In this document: positions 22,468 to 34,800 of the stretch, piece after piece
How the letters are laid out: every line of letters begins with the position of its first letter
Position numbering within the stretch: the stretch's first letter is position 1
Assembly: GCF_018977255.1 (NCBI RefSeq)
Contig: NW_024705356.1
Location: forward strand, 1-51,902
Source of the DNA: Callorhinchus milii
Taxonomy: Eukaryota
DNA length: 51,902 nucleotides
Reading direction: 5' to 3'
The notes under the pieces: generated by a model
Seen by the model: the letters and a program-made list of their open reading frames with translations, nothing else
Told to the model about the DNA's origin: nothing
Database searches by the model: none
Program-made: the position numbers and the translations under genes

Positions 22468-24474
22468 TGTATTACAAGCTTTTCTCTCTCTATCACACTT
22501 TCTCTCTATCACAATCTTTCTCACTATTGCAATCTTTCTCCTTCTCTGTCATACCCTCTGTCTATTGCAATCTTTCTCCTTCTCCATATCACACTCTCTC
22601 TCTATTCAATCTTTCTCCTCTCTATCACACTTTCTCTATTGCAATCTTTCTCCTCTCTATCAGTTTCCCTCTCTTGCAATCTTTCTGCTCTCTCTCACTC
22701 TTTCTCTCTGTCGCAATTTTTCTCCTTTCTAACACTTTCTCTCTCTATCAGAAACATTCTCTTTCTGGGTATCACACATTCTCTCTCCATTACAATCTTT
22801 GCCCTCTATCACACATTTTCTCTGTTACAATCTTTCTTTCTCTATCACAATCTTTCTCCTCCTATCACGCTTTCTATCTATCGCAATATTTCTCCTCTCT
22901 ATCACAATTTCTCTTTATCGCAATCTTTCTCCTCTCTATCACACTTTCTCTCTTGTGCAACCTTTCTCCTTTCCTCTATCACAATCTTTCTCCTCTCTAT
23001 CACACTTTTACTCTCTAATGCAATCTTTCTCCTCTCCATCATACGTTGTCTCTCTCTATTACAAGCGTTGCCCTTTATCTCACTCCTATCAGCATCTTTC
23101 GCCTTCTCTCTATTACCTTTTCTGTCTCTGTCGCACTTTCTGTCTACCACATATTTCTCATTCTCACCATCGCAATGTCTCTCCTTCTTTCTAACACAGT
23201 TTCTCTCAATCACATTTGCTCTCTCTATTACAACCTTTTCCCTCTCTATCAGAATCTTTGTCCTTACCCCACTCTCTCACTATTACAATCTTTCTCCTCT
23301 CTATTGCGATCACTGTCCTCTCTATCAGAATCTTTGTCCTCTCTATCACACTTTCTCTCTATCGTGATCCTTCTCCTCTTTCACTTTCTCTCTCTGCATT
23401 ACAATCTTTCTCCTTTTTTCTAACACATTTTCTCTGCCGATCACACTTTGTCTCTATTGTGATCTTTCTCCTCTCTGTCAGTTGCTCTCTATTGCAATCT
23501 TTCTGCTCTCTATCACACGTTCTCTCTATTGCAATCTTTTTCCTCTTCATCAGACTTTCTCTCTCTCTATTCCAATCCTTCTAACCCACTTTCTCTCTCT
23601 ATCGCTCTCCTTCTCTCACCCAATTTTCCACCTCTCTCACATTTCTTCTTTATCACAATCTTTCTCCTTTCTGACACACTGTCTCTCTATCAGATTCGTT
23701 CTCTTTCTCTATCACACTTTCTCTCTATTGCAATCTTTCTGCTTCTCTGCATCACATTTTCTATTGCAATCTTTTTCTTTCTATCGCAATCTTTCTCCTT
23801 CTGTATCCCGATTTTCCTCCTCTCACATTTCCTTTCTTTTGCAACCTTTTTCCTTCTCTGTCACAATTGCTCTGTATCTGTTGCAACCTTTCCTCTTTTC
23901 CCTTTCAAACTTTCTCTCCCTCTATCACAATCTTTCTCTTTCTATCGCACTGTCTCTCTCTAATGCAATCTTTCTGCTCTCTATCGTACTTTGTCTCTCT
24001 CTTTTCGAATCTTTCTCCTTTCTAACACTTTCTCTATGACATTTGCTCTCTCTATTACAACCTTTTCCCTCTATCACACTTTCTCTCTGTCAGAATCTTT
24101 CTCCTTACCACACTCTCTCTATTCCAATCTTTGTCCTCTCTTTCACTTTCTCTCCCTCTCTTTCAATCTTTCTCCTTTCGATTACAATCTGTCTCCTCTC
24201 TTTCACACTTTCTCTCTGTCACAATTCTTCTCTCTATCACTTTCTCTCTATTGCAATCTTTCTCCTCTCTATGATACTTTGTCTCTCTCTATTCCAATCT
24301 TTCTAACACACTTTCTCTCTCTATCGCAAAGCTTCTCCTCTCTTTCACACTTTCTCTCTCTATTCCAATCTTTCTGACGCACTATCTCTCTATCACAACC
24401 TTTCTCCTTTTGTCTATCACACCTTCTGTCTATTACACCTTCTCTCTATTGCAATCTTTCTCCTTCTTCCTCAC

Positions 24475-25815
24475 ACCTTTTAGTGTTTGTGATCTGATTT
24501 GATGGTGTGTTTGATGGTGTCTCTGAAGCATTCAATAGGAAATTCTAGAAAAGGGTAAATGTTCTAAAGTAATGAATATAAACCCTGTGAATTCTCTGAA
24601 CCATCCAATAGCCAACAGCCCATGTGATGATACTGACTGTTTGCAGCTGTGAAGGGAGGACCTTCAACTGGACCTCGTGAGGAATGTGATTCGCTCATTG
24701 GCCACAAGTCAAACCTGAACCTTTGGGTATTTAACCCGAAGGCTGAGCTCAGTCAAACCATTGTAGGAAGGAGTCACCTCATCAGCTCAGAGAGAGCAGA
24801 TGAGTTGCTGGAGGCTTGCGGTTCAGAGCAGTGAAATGGTCAGTTTGTGTGGTGGCGGTGGCTCAGGCGTCTCTCTATGGGCTATATCAGATTCGTCTAT
24901 ATTTGTGAGAACCTTCTGGTGGGCTGTAAATTGTTAGTAATGTTTGTGAAGGGAAGTTGTCCAAACCTTGGGTGTTGTCAACCCTGTGAGCTTCACAGAC
25001 AATAACACTGTCCACCTGCTCTCCATGTAAATTGTAAGCAACTCTTGGCCAGTTTAGCTTCTCCTTTTATTGTGTAATTTGTCTCAAAAACAATTGCTAT
25101 TATTTCATTCCTATCTGGAGGAAGTAGACAACTCCCACCAGAGTCTTCCCTCCTTTGCTGTTCCTCAATTCTACCCATAGTGTTTCTATGGTCTGATCAC
25201 CTGTACTTTCAATCTACTGCTGTACTTCAGTGTTATCCATATTGTTCTCCTCCTTTCCCAATTTTCCTGTTTTTCCACAGATCTTACAGTCTGGAACATT
25301 TAGCTCCCAGTAATTTCTGGCTTGGAGCCAGGTCTCTGTAATGACTACTACATCAGACCCTTTAAGCTGAATTTGTGTTTCTAACGTGTTGTATTTTTTA
25401 TGCTGTGTATTTGTGGACAGACACTTAGGATAACTGTCCTCATTTGCCCATATGGCCCAATGGTGTTTTGTCATTTTTTTTGTTTATTTCCTAAACAACA
25501 TTTCTATTTCTGGAGAAATTGAGTTATTTATCACTTTTTGTTTTCTACTCTTCGCTCTTCTCTGTCTTCAGTTTATTGTTTTCACTTGAGTCAGAGGTTG
25601 TGAGTGGACGTCCTCTCGACGTGAAGGGCACTCTATAAATGTAATGTTGTTGTTGTTGTCCTGGAACCAGTGGAGGTTTGTGTTGATCTTAAACGTTGGG
25701 CTAATGTTCGTTCGTACCACATGAGAGCGGATTTCCATACGTCAATGAACTTTGGAGACCTTGTCCCCATCCATCTGTTTGGTGTAGATTGGGACCACTC
25801 TTGACCAGTCTGGAC
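24475..25815 (+). repeat. Diverged direct duplicate of ~13795-15065
   Basis: Colinear from gtgtttgtgatctgattt to ctcttgacc.gtctg; includes the CR1 endonuclease fragment (ORF 25214-25474, DVVVITETWLQ). Confidence 0.92.
25602..25659 (+). mobile_element. L2 3'-tail insertion, absent from the 14.9-kb paralog
   Basis: The empty site gtcagaggttgtcctgg is at ~14911; GTTGT is duplicated around the insertion. Confidence 0.85.
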
Positions 25816-28061
25816 CAGGGTTCTCCCTATCACACTCTCTCTATTACAATCATTCTCCTCTTTTCTGTCACACTTTCTCTCTCTCTTACAAACTTTTCCC
25901 TCTCTGTCACTATCTTTCTCCTCTCTATTAAACTTTCTCTCTATTGCAATCTTTCTCCTCTCTATCACACTTTCTCTCTCTCTATTCCAATCTTTCTAAC
26001 ACTTTATCGCATTCTTTCTCGTCTATTGTAATCTTTCTCCTTCTCTCCATCATACTTTGTCTCTCAATCACACTTTCTCTCTAACACAATCTTTTTCCTT
26101 CTCTCTTTCACAGTTTGTCTTTTTCTATGACAGTCTTTTTCCTTCTTTCTAACACACTTTCTCTATCAGAATTTCTCTCCATCTCTCTATCAAACTTTCT
26201 CTCTATTGCAATCTTTATCCTCTCTATCGTACGTTGTCTCTCTATTACAATTTTTATCCTTCTTTCGAATACACTTTCTCTCTCCATCAGAATCTTTCTC
26301 CTTCTCTCAATCACACGTTCTCTCTCTATTAAATCTTTGCCCTATATCACTCTTTCTATCAGAATCTTTCTCCTCTCTATTACAACCTTTTCCATCTCTA
26401 TCACACTTTCTATCTATCCCAATCTTTCTCCTCTCTATCACAATCTTCTCTCTATTACGCTTTCTCTCTATCACAGTCTTTCTCTCTCTATCACACTTTC
26501 TCTCTTGTGCAATCTTTCTCCTTTTCTCTATCACACTTTCACTCTCTAATACAATCTTTTCCCCTCTCTCCATCATACTTTGTTTCTCTCTATTAAAAAC
26601 ATTGCCCTCTCTCTCACTCCTATCAGAATCTTTCACCTTCTCTCTATTACAAACTTTTCCGTCTCTGTCGCACTTTCCGTCTATCACAATACTTCTCGCC
26701 ATCGCAATGTTTCTCCTTCTTTCTAACACACTCTCTCTATCACACCCTTTTCAGAGACAGAAAGTATAATATTATACTATTACAACCTTTTCCCTCTATC
26801 ACACCTCTCTATCAGAATCTTTCTCCTCTCTATTGCAATCTTTCTCCTCTCTCACACTTTCTGTGTTGCAATCTTTCTCCTTCTCAATCAGAGACTCTCT
26901 CTCTATTGCAATCTTTCTCCTTCTCTCTATCGCACACTCTGTCTGTTGCAATCTTTCTCCTCTCGATCACAAACTTTCTTCTCTCTTTCACACGTTCCCG
27001 CTATTCCAAACTTTCTCTTCTCTGTCACACTTTCTCTCTATTTTCATCTCTCTCCTCTCTATCACTCTTTCTATCAGAATCTTTCTCCTCTTTATTACAA
27101 CCTTTTCCGTCTGTCACACATTCTCTCCGTCACACTTTCTCTCTCTATTACAAACTTTTCCCTCTCTATCACTTTCTATCAAAATCTTTCTCCTCTCTAT
27201 CACACTTTGTCTCTCTCTATTCCAATTCTTCTAACACACTCTCTCTCTCTATCGCTCTCCTTCTGTCACCCAATTTTCCTCCTCTCTCTCATTTCTTCTT
27301 TATCACAATTTTTCTGCTTCTCTCTATTATACTTTCTCTCTCTGTCACAATATTTCTACTTCTTTCTAACACACTTTCTCTCTCTATCAGAATCGTTCTC
27401 TTTCTCTCCATCACACTTTCTCTCTCTATTACAATCTTTGCCCTCTATCACTCTTTCTATCAGAATCTTTCTCCTCTCCATTACAACCTTTTCCGTCTCT
27501 GTCACACTTTCTCTCTATCAGTATCTTTCTCTCTATTACACTTATTCTGTTACAATCTTTCTTTCCCTCTATTGCAATCTTTCTCCTCTCTATCACTTTC
27601 ACTCTATTACTATCTCTCTGCTCTCTATCACACTTTCTCTCTATCGCAATCTTTCTCCTTTTCCCTATCACACTTTTACTCTCTAATGCAATCTTTCTCC
27701 TTCTCTCCATTATACTTTGTCTCTGTTTATTACAAACGTTGTCCTCTCTCTCACTCCTCTCAGAATCTTTCCCCTTCTCTCTATTACAACCTTTTCCGTC
27801 TCTGTCGCACTTTCTGTGTATCGCAATATTTCGCCATCGCAATGTTTCTCCTTCTTTCTAACACGTTCTCTCTATTACAACCTTTCCCCTCTCTATCACA
27901 CCTTCTCTCTATCGGAATCTTTCTCCTCTCTATTGCGATCACTCCTCTCTTTCAGAATCTTTGTCCTCTATTACAACCTTTTCCCCCTCAATCACACATT
28001 CTCTCTATCGCAATCTTTCTCCTTCTCTCTCTCTCTATTTCAATCTTTCTCCTACTTTCTA

Positions 28062-28861
28062 GTAGGAAAGGTCGGGCCTTCAGCCTCTCAGCCCCGAGGC
28101 TCTGGATCTCTATCCCCCAGTGCCTTCGCCGCTTCCTCCCTTTCCTCCTTCAAGGCCGGTCTCAAAACCTTTCTCTTTGACCTTCAGCCTTCAGCTCCAC
28201 TCTCGACTCTCTTCCTCCTCCTCGCTCCCTCCCTCCCCTCCCCTCACCCTGACCATTTCCCCCCTCCTCGCTCCCTCCCTTCCCTCCCCTCACCCTGACC
28301 ATTTCCCCCCTCCTCGCTCCCTCCCTTCCCTCCCTTCACCCTGACCATTTCCCCCTCCTCTCTCCCTCCCTTCCCTCCCCTCACCCTGACCATTTCCCCC
28401 CTCCTCGCTCCCTCCCTTCCCTCCCCTCACCCTGACCATTTCCCCCTCCTCTCTCCCTCCCTTCCCTCCCCTCACCCTGACCATTTCCCCCCTCCTCGCT
28501 CCCTCCCTTCCCTCCCCTCACCCTGACCATTTCCCCCCTCCTCTCTCCCTCCCTTCCCTCCCCTCACCCTGACCATTTCCCCCTCCTCGCTCCCTCCCTT
28601 CCCTCCCCTCACCCTGACCATTTCCCCCCTCCTCGCTCCCTCCCTTCCCTCCCCTCACCCTGACCATTTCCCCCCTCCTCGCTCCCTCCCTTCCCTCCCC
28701 TCACCCTGACCATTTCCCCCTCCTCGCTCCCTCCCTTCCCTCCCCTCACCCTGACCATTTCCCCCCAATGCTCGGGTCATGACCCAACTGTGCAGCGCCT
28801 TGGGACGTCCTCCTGACGTGAAAGGCGCTCTATAAATGGAATCTTGTTGTTGTTGTTGTTG
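28062..28861 (+). mobile_element. L2 3' fragment with an expanded 45-46-bp VNTR in its 3' UTR
   Basis: RAFSLSAPRLW...FKAGLKTFLFD, then ~12 repeat units, then the standard tail and (TGT)n; TTCTA duplicated at both ends. Confidence 0.92.
28215..28766. repeat. 45-46-bp VNTR, ~12 copies
   Basis: Unit cccctcctcgctccctcccttccctcccctcaccctgaccatttcc. Confidence 0.95.
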
Positions 28862-31800
28862 TTCTAACACACTTTCTCTCCCTCTCACTTTCTCACTCTG
28901 TCGTACTTTGCCTCTGTATATTACAATATTTCTCTTCTCTATCACACTTTCTCTCTATTGCAATGTTTCTCCTCCTCTATCACTCTCTCTCTGTTGCAAT
29001 CTTTCTCCTCTCTATCACACTTTCTCTCTAACACAATCTTTCTTCTCTCTTTCACACTTTCCCTCTATTCAAAACTTTCTCTTCTCTGTCACTCTTTCTA
29101 TCAGAATCTTTCTCCTCTCTCTTACACCTTCTCTCTGCTGCAATCTTCTCTCTATCACACTTTGTCTCTATTGCAATCTTTCTCCTCTCTATCACACTTT
29201 GTCTCTATTGCAATCTTTTCCTCTCTATCACACTTTGTCTCTCTCTATTCCAATCCTTCTAACACACTCTCTCTATCGCTCTCCTTCTGTCGCCCAATTT
29301 TCCTCCTCTCTCTCTCACATTTCTTCTTTATCGCAATTTTTCTGCTTCTCTCTATTATACTTTCTCTCTCTATCACATTCTTTCTAACACACTTTCTCTC
29401 TCTATCAGAATCGTTCTCTTTCTCTCTATCACACTTTCTCTCTCTATTACAATCTTTGCCCTCTCTGTCACTCTTTCTATCAGAATCTTTCTCCTCTCCA
29501 TTACAACCTTTTCCGTCTCTGTCACACTTTCTCTCTATCAGTATCTTTCTCTCTATTACACTTATTCTGTTACAATCTTTCTTTCCCTCTATTGCAGTCT
29601 TTCTCCTCTCTATCACTTTCACTCTATTACTATCTCTCTGCTCTCTATCACACTTTCTCTCTATCGCAATCTTTCTCCTCTCTATCACAATCTTTCTCCT
29701 CTCTATCACACTTTTACTCTCTAATGCAATCTTTCTCCTTCTCTCCATCATACTTTGTCTCTCTCAATTACAAACATTGCCCTCTCTCTCACTCCTATCA
29801 GAATCTTTCACCTTCTCTCTATTACAACCTTTTCCATCTCTGTCGCACTTTCTGTGTATCACAATATTTCTCCTTCTCGCCATCGCACCTTCTAACACAA
29901 TCTTTCTCCTTCTCTTTCACAGTTTGTCTTTTTCTATTACAATCTTTTTCCTTCTTTCTAACACACTTTCTCTCTCTATCTGAATTTCTCTCCATCTCTC
30001 TATCAAAGTTTCTCTCTATCGCACGTTGTCTCTCTATTAAAATCTTTATCCTTCTTTCTAATACACTTCCTCCATTAGAATCGTTCTCTTTCTTTCTAAC
30101 ACACTTTCTCTCTCTATTAAATCTTTGCCCTCTCTATCACTCGTTCAATCAGAATCTTTGTCCTCTATTACAACCCTTTTCCCTCTCTATCACACTTTCT
30201 CTCTATCGCAATCTTCCTCCTTTCTTTCACACTTTCTCTCTGTATTCCAATCTTTTTCCTTTCTAACACTTTCTCTCCCTCACACTTTCTCACTCTATCG
30301 TACTTTACCTCTGTATATTACAATCTTTCTCCTCTCTATCACACTTTCTGTCTATTGCCGTCTTTCTTCTTCTCTCTATCACACTCTCTCTCTATTGCAA
30401 TCTTTCTCCTTCTCTCTATCACACTTTCTCTCTCTCTCTCTATTCCAATCTTTCTTAAATACTTTATCGCATTCTTTCTCCTTTCTATTGTAATCTTTCT
30501 CCTTCTCTCTATCATACTTTGTCTCTATCACTTTCTCTCGAACACAATCTTTCTCCTCTCTCACAGTTTGCCTTTTTCTATCGCAATCTTCCTCCTCTCT
30601 TTCACACTTTCTCTCTCTCCATTCCAATCTTTTTCCTTCTTTCTCACACACTTTCTCTCTCTATCAGAATTTCTCTCCATCTCTCTATCAAACTTTCTCT
30701 CTATTGCAATCTTTCTCCTTCTCTATCACACTCTCTATTGCAATCTTTCTCCTCTCTATTACAATTTCTCTCTATCACAATGTTTCTTCTCTCTTTCACA
30801 CTTTCCCTCTCTATTCCAAACTTTCTCTACCGCACTTTCTGTCCGTCACAAACTTTTCCCTCTCTATCACTCTTTCTATCGCAATCTTTCTCCTTCTCTT
30901 TCACACTTTCTCTCTCTCTCTATTCCAATCTTTCTCCTTCTTTCTAACAAACTTTCTCTCCCTCTCACACTTTCTCACTCTTTCATACTTTTCCTCTGTA
31001 TATTACAATCTTTCTCCTCTTTATCACACATTCTCTCTATCGCAGTCTTTCTCTTTATCACTATTGCAATCTTTCTCCTCCCTATCACACTTTCTCTCTA
31101 TCACAATCTTTCTTCTCTTTCACACTTTCCCTTTCTGTTCCAAATTTTCTCTTCTCTATCACACTTTCTCTCTATTTTAATCTCTCTCTTCTCTATCACT
31201 CTATCAGAATCTTTCTTCTCTCTATTACACTTTCTCTCTATTGCAATCTTTCTCCATTCTATCGTACTTTGTCTCTCTCTATTCCAATCCTTCTAACACA
31301 CTCTCTCTATCTATCGCTCTCCTCTCGCCCAATGTTCTTCCTCTCTCTCTCATTTCTTCTTTATCACAATTTTTCTGCTTCTCTCTATTATACTTTCTCT
31401 CTCTATCAGAATCGTTCTCTTTCTCTCTCACACTTTCTCTCTCAATAACAACCTTTTCCGTCTATGTCACACTTTCTCTCTATCACATTTGCTCTCTATT
31501 ACAAGCTTTTCCCTCTCTATCAGAATCTTTCTCCTTAACACACTCTCTCTCTCTATTCCAATTTTTCTAACACACTTTCTCTCTATCGTATTCTTTCTCC
31601 TCTCTATCACACTTTCTCTTTCACACTTTCCCTCTCTATTCCAAACTTTCTCTTCTCTGTCACACTTTCTCTCTATTTTAATCTCTCTCCTCTATATCAC
31701 TCTTTCTATCAGAATCTTTCTCCTCTCTATTACAGACTTATCCGTCTCTGTCACACTCTCTATTAGAACATTTCTCCTCTCTGTCACACTTTCTCTCTCT

Positions 31801-34800
31801 GTTACAAACTTTTCCCTCTCTATCTCTCTTTCTATCAGAATATTTCTCCTTCTCTCTATTACACTTTGTCTGTATCACAATTTTTCTCCTTCTCTCAATC
31901 AGTTTCTCTCTATTGCAATCTTTCTCCTTCTCTCTATCACTCTTTCTCTTTATTCCATCTTTCTATCACACTTCCTCTCTATCGCATTCTTTCTCCTCTC
32001 TATTGCAATCTTTCTCTTCTCTATCACACTTTCTCTCCTCTCTATGACTCTTTCTATCAGAATCTTTCTCCTCTCTATTACAATCTTTTCCGTTTCTGTC
32101 ACACTTTCTCTCTATCACACTCTCTGTTGCAATCTTTCTCCTCTCTATCGTACTTTGTCTCTCTCTATTCCAATCCTTCTAACACACTTTCTCTCTATCG
32201 CTCCCCTTCTGTCGCCCAATTTTCCTCCTCTCACATTTCTTCTTTATCCAATTTTTCTGCTTCTCTCTGTTACACTTTCTCTCTCTCTATCACAATCTTT
32301 CTCCTAACACACTTTCTTTCTCTATCAGAATCGTTCTCTTTCTCTCTATCACACTTTCTCTCTCTATTAAATCTTTGCCGTCTCTATCACTCTGTCAGAA
32401 TATTTCTCCTTTCTATTGCAACCTTTTCCGTCTCTGTCACTTTCTCTCTATCACTTTCACTCTAATGTAATCTTTCTCCTTCTCTCCATCATACTTAGTC
32501 TCTCTCTATTAAAAACATTGCCCTCTCTCTCACTCCTATCAGAATCTTTCACCTTCTCTCTATTACAAACATTTCCGTCTCTGTCGCACTTTCCGTCTAT
32601 CACAATACTTCTCGCCATCGCAATGTTTCTCCTTCTTTCTAACACACTCTCTCTATCACACCCTTTTCAGAGACAGAACGTATAATATTATACTATTACA
32701 ACCTTTTCCCTCTATCACACCTCTCTATCAGAATCTTTCTCCTCTCTATTGCAATCTTTCTCCTCTCTCACACTTTCTGTGTTGCAATCTTTCTCCTTCT
32801 CAATCAGAGACTCTCTCTCTATTGCAATCTTTCTCCTTCTCTCTATCGCACACTCTGTCTGTTGCAATCTTTCTCCTCTCGATCACAAACTTTCTTCTCT
32901 CTTTCACACGTTCCCGCTATTCAAAACTTTCTCTTCTCTGTCACACTTTCTCTCTATTTTCATCTCTCTCCTCTCTATCACTCTTTCTATCAGAATCTTT
33001 CTCCTCTTTATTACAACCTTTTCCGTCTGTCACACATTCTCTCCGTCACACTTTCTCTCTCTATTACAAACTTTTCCCTCTCTATCACTTTCTATCAAAA
33101 TCTTTCTCCTCTCTATCACACTTTGTCTCTCTCTATTCCAATTCTTCTAACACACTCTCTCTCTCTATCGCTCTCCTTCTGTCACCCAATTTTCCTCCTC
33201 TCTCTCATTTCTTCTTTATCACAATTTTTCTGCTTCTCTCTATTATACTTTCTCTCTCTGTCACAATATTTCTACTTCTTTCTAACACAGTTTCTCTCTC
33301 TATCAGAATCGTTCTCTTTCTCTCTCATTTTCTCTCTCTATTACAACCTTTTCCATCTATGTCACACTTTCTCTCTCTCACACTTGTTCTCTCTATTACA
33401 AGCTTTTCCCTCTATCAGAATTATTCTCTTTACCGCACTCTCTCTATCGCAAACTCTCTCTTTATTCCAATCTTTCTAACACACTTTCTCTCTATCGTAT
33501 TATTTCTCCTCTCTATCACACTTTCTCTCTATCACAATCTTTCTTCCCACTTTCACACTTCCCCTCTCTATGCCAAACTTTCTCCCTATTTTAATCTCTC
33601 TCTTCTCTATCACTCTTTCTATCAGAATCTTTCTCCTCTCTATTACAAACTTTTGCATCTGTCACACTTTCTATCAGAATATTTCCCCTCTGTCACACTT
33701 TCTCTCCATCACACTTTATTACAAACTTTTCCCTCTCTATCTCTCTCTCTATCAGAATCTTTCCCCTTCTCACTATTACACTTTGTCTCTATTGCAATCT
33801 TTCTCCTCTCAATCAGTTTCTCTCTATCGCAATCTTTCTCCTCTCTATTGCAATCTTTCTCTTCTCTATCACACTTACTCTCTATCTGAATCTCTCTCCT
33901 CTCTATCACTCTTTCTATCAGAATCTTTCTCCTCTCTATCACACTTTGTCTCTCTCTATTCCAATCCTTCTAACACACTCTCTCTATCGCTCTCCTTCTG
34001 TCGCCCAATTTTCCTCCTCTCTCACACATTTCTTCTTCATCGCAATTTTTCTGCTTCTCTCTATTATACTTTCTCTCTCTATCACATTCTTTCTAACACA
34101 CTTTCTCTCTCTATCAGAATCGTTCTCTTTCTCTCTATCACACTTTCTCTCTCTATTACAATCTTTGCCCTCTCTGTCACTCTTTCTATCAGAATCTTTC
34201 TCCTCTCCATTACAACCTTTTCCGTCTCTGTCACACTTTCTCTCTATCAGTATCTTTCTCTCTATTACACTTATTCTGTTACAATCTTTCTTTCCCTCTA
34301 TTGCAATCTTTCTCCTCTCTATCACTTTCACTCTATTACTATCTCTCTGCTCTCTCACACTTTCTCTCTATCGCAATCTTTCTCCTTTTCTCTATCACAA
34401 TCTTTCTCCTCTCTATCACACTTTCTGTGTTGCAATCTTTCTCCTTCTCTATCACACTTTCTCTCTATTGCAATGTTTCTCCTCCTCTATCACTCTCTCT
34501 CTGTTGCAATCTTTCTCCTTCTCTATCACACTTTCTCTCTATTGCAATGTTTCTCCTCCTCTATCACTCTCTCTCTGTTGCAATCTTTCTCCTCTCTATC
34601 ACACTTTCTCTCTAACACAATCTTTCTTCTCTCTTTCACACTTTCCTTCTATTCAAGACTTTCTCTTCTCTGTCACTCTTTCTATCAGAATCTTTCTCCT
34701 CTATTACAACCTTTTCCCTCTCTGTCACACTTTCTCTCTCTATCAATCTTTCTATCAGAATCTTTCTCCTCTCTCTTACACCTTCTCTCTGCTGCAATCT

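Noticed and set aside
22282..28766. CRISPR-like arrays
   Set aside because: Head-to-tail repeats with no unique spacers, in a vertebrate context with no cas genes.
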